Virus record (IMG/VR): IMGVR_UViG_3300045988_113168
Reading direction: 5' to 3' (one strand)
Source: a virus
DNA length: 64,000 nucleotides
Shown piece by piece: positions 17,283-24,031 of this stretch (position 1 is its first letter; each line of letters starts with the position of its first letter). The notes under the pieces were generated by a model. That model saw only the letters and a program-made list of their open reading frames with translations. It was not told where the DNA came from and ran no database searches. Made by a program: the position numbers and the translations under genes.

Positions 17283-17588
17283 ATGAATAACACTCGTAGA
17301 AAAGCTATAAAACAGACCATTGACCGCTTTGATTCCATCCGTAAGAAGCTGGATGAGCTGGTGTCGGAGTTCGAAAGTGTAAAATCAGACGTTGAGGATA
17401 TTCAGTGGGAAGAAGAAGAGTATCGTGATAACATGCCGGAGAACCTACAGGGAAGTGAACGGTATGACAAAGCAGATGAAGCTTGCACAAACCTGTCTGA
17501 TGCAGTGGAAGCTTTGGATGATATGATTAGCGCTCTGGATTTCGATTTTGGTGATGTGACTACATCTTTGGAGGAAGCAATGGAATGA
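17283..17588 (+). CDS. hypothetical acidic protein
   Basis: ATG 17283 after GAGAGGAGA, inside track ORF 17244..17588. Confidence 0.65.
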   Translation: MNNTRRKAIKQTIDRFDSIRKKLDELVSEFESVKSDVEDIQWEEEEYRDNMPENLQGSERYDKADEACTNLSDAVEALDDMISALDFDFGDVTTSLEEAME

Positions 17589-17773
17589 TTAAGACCACAA
17601 ACCCATTAAAGAGAAATGCATGGGCTGTGTTCTTGTACAGAGGTAGGCAAGTTGGTTCATATCTACTGCGTAATAGCAATCTTGGCGACAAGGAGCGTAT
17701 GGTAGAATTGCTGGCACGAAAGTACATGACAGAGCCAGAAAATATTGTTGTCGATATTGAATTTAAAGATTGA
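17585..17773 (+). CDS. hypothetical small protein
   Basis: Track ORF with ATGA overlap. Confidence 0.55.
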   Translation: MIKTTNPLKRNAWAVFLYRGRQVGSYLLRNSNLGDKERMVELLARKYMTEPENIVVDIEFKD

Positions 17774-17873
17774 GGTGATAGAGAATGACCGCGTTTGCAA
17801 TGTTTGCTTTTAATGTGGCATTGATAATAGCAGTGAATAATAGTCCGTTTGTATTTTAAGTGGAGGTGAGAAT

Positions 17874-18101
17874 ATGAAAGAACTGGAAGAAATTTACAAT
17901 CGATTATATGATGAATACATTGACGCTAGACGAGAGCATTTTGAGTCTGCTCTCGATATGAAAAAGAATGGTGACAGAATATATCTACATGGTAAAGTGC
18001 ATGGGTTAGAAATTGCTATTAACATCGTCGATGAAGTGCTCGAAAGGGTTAAGGAAGAATATATCAAGGAAGCTTTTGACGTAGACCCATATAAAACCTA
18101 A
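17874..18101 (+). CDS. hypothetical protein
   Basis: Track ORF with GGAGGTGAG upstream. Confidence 0.65.
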   Translation: MKELEEIYNRLYDEYIDARREHFESALDMKKNGDRIYLHGKVHGLEIAINIVDEVLERVKEEYIKEAFDVDPYKT

Positions 18102-18118
18102 ATTCTTTGAAAGGATAA

Positions 18119-18370
18119 ATGGGAATGGATAGTAAGAAAACAAAAGAACTGCGGGCTGGTGTTATGAAAGTTGTCAGCTGGTTGGATAATAATTGGCGTT
18201 GGATTCATACCAATGATTTTGGAAATGAAGAAAAGGCAATGGATTCCGTTGAGATTTACCATACAGTCTTGAATACTGTTGAGATGCTTGGTGGTGATTG
18301 GCAGCGTGACGAGAATGGAAAGCATCGGGTGTTTATCGCCGGAGTTGGTGGAAAGGCAGAGACGGAGTAA
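18119..18370 (+). CDS. hypothetical protein
   Basis: Track ORF with AAAGGA upstream. Confidence 0.6.
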   Translation: MGMDSKKTKELRAGVMKVVSWLDNNWRWIHTNDFGNEEKAMDSVEIYHTVLNTVEMLGGDWQRDENGKHRVFIAGVGGKAETE

Positions 18371-18637
18371 AATCCGGGTTCTTGTGGATACTTAACAAAA
18401 GGATGTGTAGACCGATGATATAACTATTGATGACGTAGGATTATTAGTAAAATTTTGGTAATTTTGATAATTGTGTTGAATAATATCTTTATGCGGTGTA
18501 TGCTTGAGACGACCTCAATACAAGATAATCAAGCCAAAAGAAATGTGAGGGTAGTATAATGTGGACTATGATAGTTTTTGCTTATGGTGGCTAATATCGT
18601 GCTTGTGTATAGTATGATGAAAGTAGCCTCTCTTGCT

Positions 18638-18691
18638 GATGCTCAGAGTGAGCGGAAGGTGATTAAGCTTGACGATGCTCAAAATGAGCGG
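18638..18691. repeat. 18-nt direct repeat GATGCTCARARTGAGCGG x2, 36-nt period
   Basis: Copies at 18638-18655 and 18674-18691 inside a 357-nt non-coding gap. Confidence 0.6.
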
Positions 18692-18727
18692 TTAACAAGG
18701 GAACATGGCCGGAAGGAGTGATATAAA

Positions 18728-18937
18728 ATGGATAGTAAAATCATTGGATGGTTAAGCACAACCGATGGAAAATATAATGTTGACATTTGTATTTCTACGC
18801 CAGATAATAATATCACGCTGGGATATTTCAGTGATGCTCCAGATATGGAATTAAGTTCTGTGACATTAACAAAAGAAAATGCTCAATTATTGATTTCTTT
18901 TTTGAATGTTGCGATTGATACGACTGATAAAAGTTAA
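18728..18937 (+). CDS. hypothetical small protein
   Basis: Track ORF with GGAAGGAG upstream. Confidence 0.65.
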   Translation: MDSKIIGWLSTTDGKYNVDICISTPDNNITLGYFSDAPDMELSSVTLTKENAQLLISFLNVAIDTTDKS

Positions 18938-18955
18938 GTTCTAGGAGAGTTTTAT

Positions 18956-19204
18956 ATGATTGCTACAGAGTTAATTAAGATTTTGGAAAAGCTACCAAGT
19001 GATGTTTTTATCGAAACGGATAGCGGCTGGGAATGTGATGCAACAGAGGTGAATGCTGCTTATTATAGCAGTCAAAAAAATGTTTTGGTTTTAACATGGA
19101 AACCGCAAGGAAACTATAAATATTACGAGGAATCTCCAAAATGGGAGTGCGTGTTCTGCAATGTAGACAGTCATTCCCCGGTAGTGCTGCATTCTGATTT
19201 TTGA
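18956..19204 (+). CDS. hypothetical protein
   Basis: Track ORF with AGGAGAG upstream. Confidence 0.65.
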   Translation: MIATELIKILEKLPSDVFIETDSGWECDATEVNAAYYSSQKNVLVLTWKPQGNYKYYEESPKWECVFCNVDSHSPVVLHSDF

Positions 19205-19235
19205 TAAAAGCTGAGATTTAAGGAGGATTTTATTT

Positions 19236-19487
19236 ATGCTTTTTGAAAAGAATATGTTTGCTGACTGTTCTAAGGCTGAACTTGAGATGATGGTTAGAGC
19301 AATTGAAAAAGACGAAAGTTGCGGCCTACTTACTTTTGGATATGAAGCAATGGCCCGTCAAATTGAACGAATCCAAAGATACCTTAGTATTGATTACGAA
19401 AAGAAACGCTTCGATTCCGCTTCGGCATATAACATGGCGCAGAAAGAATTGTATGAAGAAATCTCTAAAAGATATTTTGAAAGCTAA
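19236..19487 (+). CDS. hypothetical protein
   Basis: Track ORF with AAGGAGGA upstream. Confidence 0.65.
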   Translation: MLFEKNMFADCSKAELEMMVRAIEKDESCGLLTFGYEAMARQIERIQRYLSIDYEKKRFDSASAYNMAQKELYEEISKRYFES

Positions 19488-19525
19488 TAGGAGCCTAAGA
19501 TTTCCTGAACTTTAAGGAGGTTACA

Positions 19526-19774
19526 ATGAATATAGTTGGACATTCCGTTTTAGAACGAGCAGAAAGAGAGCTCCGGGGCCAGTTTTCTGATACTGATGTT
19601 GAATTTTTCCGCAGGGGAGATGGCATAGACGAACCAATTCACTTGGTCGTTTCGTTGCCCGGAATCACAAAAGAACCAGATGAGACAATTTTGATTGGTG
19701 AAGCCTTAATTGTTGCCGGTAAGGCAGCAAAAGAATTTAAGTACAACGGATATTTTGTCGATTACAATGTTTGA
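19526..19774 (+). CDS. hypothetical protein
   Basis: Track ORF with AAGGAGG upstream. Confidence 0.65.
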   Translation: MNIVGHSVLERAERELRGQFSDTDVEFFRRGDGIDEPIHLVVSLPGITKEPDETILIGEALIVAGKAAKEFKYNGYFVDYNV

Positions 19775-19803
19775 TAAAAACTAAGATTTAGAAGGAGATA
19801 ATA

Positions 19804-19956
19804 ATGGGCGTATTAGTAGACCGGGAAACGGCAAAGAAAGTCGAAAGAATCTTTGAACATCCAAACGAAATTTACTCTGTATATCTCAAATCGTCTGACG
19901 AAGCAGTCTGGCTCCAAGGAAAAGTTGAACTATACAAATATTTAAGAAGCTTGTAA
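19804..19956 (+). CDS. hypothetical small protein (50 aa)
   Basis: Below the track cutoff. ATG 19804 follows GAAGGAGA. Confidence 0.55.
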   Translation: MGVLVDRETAKKVERIFEHPNEIYSVYLKSSDEAVWLQGKVELYKYLRSL

Positions 19957-19983
19957 AACCAAGTTCTACGGAGGAAATACATT

Positions 19984-20181
19984 ATGAAAAAGTTCGTTGC
20001 TCTTTTTGAAGGTTGGAATGATAAACACGACCATGAATGTATGTGCTATGTTATTGATGTGGATGATGACTTTGAAAGCATTTTGAGTGTTGAAGAACAG
20101 GCAGAGAAGATGGCTCGAAACGAGTATCCTCATCTGAAAAGTTTTGAGACGCTTTACATCAAAGAACTGCTTAACAGATAA
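19984..20181 (+). CDS. hypothetical small protein
   Basis: Track ORF with CGGAGGAAA upstream. Confidence 0.65.
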   Translation: MKKFVALFEGWNDKHDHECMCYVIDVDDDFESILSVEEQAEKMARNEYPHLKSFETLYIKELLNR

Positions 20182-20209
20182 AACTAATCTTTTATAGGAG
20201 ATGACTTCG

Positions 20210-20779
20210 GTGATACTAACATTAGGTATCGACAATTTTGATAAAGACAAATTTGAAATTCCTCATAATTCAGAAAAATCACAGTTCTTGAATAAGCCGG
20301 CAGGAGGTTTGTGGGGTTCAACTTTTACTCCAAATTATAATTATGTAAGTGATTGGGCGATGTTTGTTTTTGAAAACGATTTTGCCACTTCTATATACCG
20401 CAATGGAATCGCATACGAGCTAAATTCTAACGCCAGAGTTTTAGACGTTGATACTCGTTATGATTTCGTCAAACTGTTGAAGAACTTTGGGTGCCTTTGG
20501 CTTCCTGGATGTGCTTTAATTTGCATTCAAAACAAACGATTTATAGATTGGGACAAGATTGTTAAGCTTTATGACGCAGTTCATTTTAGTCGAGAAGCGA
20601 TTATATCTTGTCGTTTTATAATGAATGAGGAACGATTGGATAATGGCAAAGTGTTTACTGTGTCCAATTTGTACTCGTATGATTGCGAGAGTTGGGTAGT
20701 GTGTAACCCCGATGTGATTGATATGAAATCGATTCGCAAGATCGAATTAGATAGTGAAGGACGATTGGTGAAAAGCTAA
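20210..20779 (+). CDS. hypothetical protein
   Basis: Track ORF 20201..20779. ATG 20201 abuts the SD, so GTG 20210 (9-nt spacing) is preferred. Confidence 0.6.
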   Translation: MILTLGIDNFDKDKFEIPHNSEKSQFLNKPAGGLWGSTFTPNYNYVSDWAMFVFENDFATSIYRNGIAYELNSNARVLDVDTRYDFVKLLKNFGCLWLPGCALICIQNKRFIDWDKIVKLYDAVHFSREAIISCRFIMNEERLDNGKVFTVSNLYSYDCESWVVCNPDVIDMKSIRKIELDSEGRLVKS

Positions 20780-20798
20780 GTAAAAGGAGATGGCTACA

Positions 20799-21107
20799 AT
20801 GAAGCGAAGAGTAAATGGAGATAAGTTCAAACGTGCAAAACAGTACATTGACAATAATCTGGGGCCAACTGAATTTTTGGCTTTGTGTTATGACTTGTAT
20901 GATTTTGAGCATGGAGTAAATAATAAGCCGAGTGGTCCATTTAATAAGACTCTGGATGTTCTTGGAATGTGGGATGAAACAGACTCTGTGGCCGCAGCAA
21001 TCATGGACTCTGCACACAAGATGTTTGGAAAAATGGTGTTTATGCTGCTGGAAGACAATGTGACGGAATATCTGGACTATGATGTGGATTGTTTGCACAG
21101 TGATTGA
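20799..21107 (+). CDS. hypothetical protein
   Basis: Track ORF 20790..21107. The second ATG (20799) has proper spacing from AAGGAG. Confidence 0.6.
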   Translation: MKRRVNGDKFKRAKQYIDNNLGPTEFLALCYDLYDFEHGVNNKPSGPFNKTLDVLGMWDETDSVAAAIMDSAHKMFGKMVFMLLEDNVTEYLDYDVDCLHSD

Positions 21108-21134
21108 TAAAACCAATATTTTAGGAGTAATATT

Positions 21135-21314
21135 ATGAAAACTTTTGATGTTTTAAAAGCTGGACAGACTATTGTGGCCGAAGACGGGGACACAATGAAA
21201 GTTATTGATTATGATTTTTATGGAACGGGGCAGAAGATCATGTGCTTCATGTCGGATCATTGTGTATATCCATCAACTGAGTTTAATGCAGGCGATTGGG
21301 AGATTGAAAGTTGA
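21135..21314 (+). CDS. hypothetical small protein (59 aa)
   Basis: Below the track cutoff. ATG 21135 follows AGGAG. Confidence 0.55.
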   Translation: MKTFDVLKAGQTIVAEDGDTMKVIDYDFYGTGQKIMCFMSDHCVYPSTEFNAGDWEIES

Positions 21315-21329
21315 GAGGAGGTTTTATTT

Positions 21330-21956
21330 ATCACTAATAAATTGTTAATAAATCGTGAGCAAAGCGTTGCTATTGTATGTATAATGTGCTTGCTGGCAGG
21401 GAATCTAGTAGCGAAAACGTTACCAAATGTTGGAGCTGAAAGCACGTATACATATTATAATGGTCAATTTACTTCAAATGTTGCACAAGCAACAAAAGAG
21501 GATGAGAATGACGAGCCTGTGATCTTCGTAAAGGAAATCGTTGAGACGCGAGTTGTGAATTTCAGCCAGGGTAAACATGAACTCACAGATGACGAGCGTG
21601 CTCTTGCTGAACAGATTGTTGCTTGTGAAGCAGGTGCTGACAGCCTGGAAGGCCAGATGGCCGTAGCTCAATGCCTTTATAATTCTGCCGTGCTTGATGG
21701 CTTAACCATCCAACAGGTCTTCAAGAAGTATGGGTACAGTACCTTATATAATAGGAAGGTGACGGCAGAGAACGAACTGGCCGTGTCTATGGTGTTTGAT
21801 TATGGCGCTAAAATTTCAGACAAGCCAATCCAATGGTTTGTGACCCCGGCAGCTGCTCCTAGCAGTTGGCACGAGCAAGGGGCAACGTTCGCGGGTAAAT
21901 TTGGCGCACATAGGTTCTATTATAACGCAAAGTTGGTTGTGGATGATGCCGAGTAA
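21330..21956 (+). CDS. SleB/CwlJ-type cell-wall hydrolase with N-terminal membrane anchor
   Basis: LTDDERALAEQIVACEAGADSLEGQMAVAQCLYNS...TIQQVF fits the Hydrolase_2 (SleB) pattern. The hydrophobic segment is VAIVCIMCLLAGNLVA. Start is uncertain: ATC 21330 lies 8 nt after GGAGG, while the track TTG 21342 lies 20 nt after it. Confidence 0.6.
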   Translation: MTNKLLINREQSVAIVCIMCLLAGNLVAKTLPNVGAESTYTYYNGQFTSNVAQATKEDENDEPVIFVKEIVETRVVNFSQGKHELTDDERALAEQIVACEAGADSLEGQMAVAQCLYNSAVLDGLTIQQVFKKYGYSTLYNRKVTAENELAVSMVFDYGAKISDKPIQWFVTPAAAPSSWHEQGATFAGKFGAHRFYYNAKLVVDDAE

Positions 21957-22010
21957 ATGGTATCATCTAAAATTTTGATAAAACAGCACAACAAAAAGAT
22001 GTGAAATATA

Positions 22011-22038
22011 TTGACTAAAACAAAAGGCTGTGTATAAT
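22011..22038 (+). promoter_or_regulatory. sigma-A type promoter (TTGACT-16-TATAAT)
   Basis: TTGACT at 22011-22016, TATAAT at 22033-22038. The flanks (CTGTGTATAATATATC) are a degenerate version of the conserved promoter core. Confidence 0.5.
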
Positions 22039-22080
22039 ATATCTTGAAAGTTGTTTGCGTAAGTGGAAGGCGGTATTGTG

Positions 22081-22407
22081 ATGAGTGAGAGAAAGGTTCT
22101 GAAGATTATACGGGTTGATGATTTTTTAAAGTACATAAGAAAAAAGCGAGTGTGGGTTTGCTTTGTTTGCAATGGTGTGGATGTTCATATGGTTTGTAAC
22201 AAAATGGCCGACATTAGCGCAGAGACGCATGGTGTTGTCAAAGGTGTTGGCTTTTTCGGGAACGAGAATCATGTTGAACTGCAGCAAGAATGTCACGAAG
22301 TAAGAATGGTGGAGCTTAGACCTACCAGCAAAGAAAAAGCCTATGAGATGATCTTCAGCAGTACCAATGTGATTGTGTCAGAGAATCCTGAGTTGTACGG
22401 GCACTAA
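22081..22407 (+). CDS. hypothetical protein
   Basis: ATG 22081 after GGAAGGCGG, inside track ORF 22063..22407. Confidence 0.6.
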   Translation: MSERKVLKIIRVDDFLKYIRKKRVWVCFVCNGVDVHMVCNKMADISAETHGVVKGVGFFGNENHVELQQECHEVRMVELRPTSKEKAYEMIFSSTNVIVSENPELYGH

Positions 22408-22425
22408 AAATATTTAAAAAACCTC

Positions 22426-22454
22426 TTGACTTCTGCAAAGGTATCCTGTATAAT
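22426..22454 (+). promoter_or_regulatory. sigma-A type promoter (TTGACT-17-TATAAT) with conserved core GTATCCTGTATAATATAGCTA
   Basis: TTGACT at 22426-22431, TATAAT at 22449-22454. The 21-mer at 22441-22461 is identical to 46685-46705. Confidence 0.65.
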
Positions 22455-22497
22455 ATAGCTATGGAACGGAGCTACACTATTATAGAGGAGAAAGACT

Positions 22498-22917
22498 ATG
22501 GACAACAATATTGACCCGAAGGTCGGAGAGGTTTGGTTGGTTGATCTATCTAATGCGACGGGCCATCAGCAGCGCGGTATTCGACCGTTTGTTGTGACAA
22601 GCAACAACAAGCGCAACTTCTTCAGTCCCACAATCAAAGGGAATCCGTTGTCTTCCAGAATATACAAGCGTTCTCCGGTTCATGTCCTGCTCTCAAAGGA
22701 AGATTGCGATTTTCTGGAAGTTGACAGTATCGTTCTCTGCGAAGAGACTGATACGCTTAACAAAGGGCAGTTCATCAAAAAGCTTGGTGTCTTGTCTGAG
22801 CGTCATATGAATATGATCGCAATGGCCAGATGCAAGGATGAACCGTTTTTGCTCGCAGCATTCCTAAGCGGCGTACAACATACTATGGAATTTCAGAATT
22901 TTGCCGCATTTGCTTGA
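22498..22917 (+). CDS. MazF/PemK-family endoribonuclease toxin-like protein
   Basis: DPKVGEVWLVDLSNATGHQQRGIRPFVVTSNN ... NPLSSRIYKRSPVHVLL ... DSIVLCEETDTLNK..FIKKLGVLS follows the PemK consensus (G.i..vdf..t.G.E..k.RP.vvvS; P.Ts; S.v.~.q.rtid). AGGAGAAAG SD upstream. Confidence 0.75.
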   Translation: MDNNIDPKVGEVWLVDLSNATGHQQRGIRPFVVTSNNKRNFFSPTIKGNPLSSRIYKRSPVHVLLSKEDCDFLEVDSIVLCEETDTLNKGQFIKKLGVLSERHMNMIAMARCKDEPFLLAAFLSGVQHTMEFQNFAAFA

Positions 22918-22970
22918 TTTTTTATAAGGGTTAATGGTACACTACATATAATAAGAAGGAGTGTGCCATT

Positions 22971-23897
22971 ATGCTTACTGAAGAAAAGATCAACGCTTTT
23001 GCTGAAAAGTATTCTGATAGAAGCGGCGAGTTTGTTATATCGACACTTAACCATGTTATGGACTACGAAGCGGAGTGCGGGTATGAGCTATTCGACTTCA
23101 TAAAAGATGACTTTGTAAAGATGTTTGCCAAATACAATTGGGTAAACTCAAGTCGTTCGTTTAAAAATGTGAAGTCGATAATCACTGGCTACATCAAGAG
23201 CGAAAATCGTACAAGCGTGTATGATTTGGCTGAATTTTCAGAGAGTGATGTGAGCTCAGACAATATGTACGAGGACAAGTATTTTGCATCGGTTGATGAG
23301 TTTGTTGACTTCTTAAACAAGTATGAAGAAGCGTATCAGGTTCGTATGAATGTGATTGCTGTTTTGTACTGGATTGGGCTCACCTCTGAGGAAGTTTCTA
23401 ATCTAACAATTAACGATGTGGATTTTGAATCTCGTACTGTTCTTGACAAGACTGATGTTGATGGAAGGCTGATGGATATCATTAAACAGTGTTATGAGAT
23501 GAAACAATATGATGCGCCCAATATGGGAGGATACAGAACATTTTATGTCATAAACGGTGATTACATCCTTCGCAAAACAGAGGATAGAACTGGTGCAGAC
23601 AGTGATTCAAGAATGTCTACAAACACAATTCATAGTTATTTCACGCGCTTGAATGATATTCTCGAAAGAAGATATCATTCAAAGGCTTTAGACCGAAGAC
23701 ATCTGACCAGAAACGGCGAGTATGTCAAGGTTTATAACTACTGTAAAACTCATCCAGAATTTAATCTTGCAGAACTTAGTTTCGGAAATGGTAAAGATCC
23801 TCTTGCGGACATTATCGGAAGAAAGTGCAGCAAGGTTGCCTACATTAGTTTCCGGCAAGGATACAAGGGCTGGATCGAATACTTCCACAAAAATTAA
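22971..23897 (+). CDS. tyrosine-recombinase-fold protein, apparently degenerate active site
   Basis: VLYWIGLTSEEVSNLTINDVDF resembles recombinase box I but has Thr where the catalytic Arg is expected. The later RHLTRNG and C-terminal Tyr are only loosely placed. Call is tentative. Confidence 0.4.
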   Translation: MLTEEKINAFAEKYSDRSGEFVISTLNHVMDYEAECGYELFDFIKDDFVKMFAKYNWVNSSRSFKNVKSIITGYIKSENRTSVYDLAEFSESDVSSDNMYEDKYFASVDEFVDFLNKYEEAYQVRMNVIAVLYWIGLTSEEVSNLTINDVDFESRTVLDKTDVDGRLMDIIKQCYEMKQYDAPNMGGYRTFYVINGDYILRKTEDRTGADSDSRMSTNTIHSYFTRLNDILERRYHSKALDRRHLTRNGEYVKVYNYCKTHPEFNLAELSFGNGKDPLADIIGRKCSKVAYISFRQGYKGWIEYFHKN

Positions 23898-23901
23898 AAA
23901 C

Positions 23902-23926
23902 AGGGGGCTTCGGCCCCTTGATTTTA
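23902..23926 (+). terminator. rho-independent terminator
   Basis: AGGGGC-TTCG-GCCCCT stem with a UUCG tetraloop, followed by TGATTTT, 5 nt after the stop at 23897. Confidence 0.7.
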
Positions 23927-23933
23927 ACACGGT

Positions 23934-23953
23934 AACTATATAACACAGGATAC
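23934..23953 (+). promoter_or_regulatory. conserved 20-mer AACTATATAACACAGGATAC
   Basis: Identical to 46814-46833. Lies directly after a terminator and 78 nt upstream of the Pnkp-like gene. Confidence 0.55.
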
Positions 23954-24031
23954 TCAACTAAAATAGACATTTTATGAAGAATTGGAAATGAATAAATAAC
24001 GATAATACGTTAACCAAAAGGAGAGAAAACG

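Noticed and set aside
18638-18691. Whether any repeats in the window form a CRISPR array.
   Set aside because: There are only two 18-nt copies, they are imperfect, and they have a single 18-nt spacer. No other regularly spaced repeats exist in the window, so there is no CRISPR array.
18614-18721. A 35-codon ORF spanning the 18-nt direct repeats (MMKVASLADAQSERKVIKLDDAQNERLTREHGRKE).
   Set aside because: It has no SD, and it overlaps the SD of the next gene. The repeat is more simply a DNA or RNA element. It is kept as a repeat feature only.
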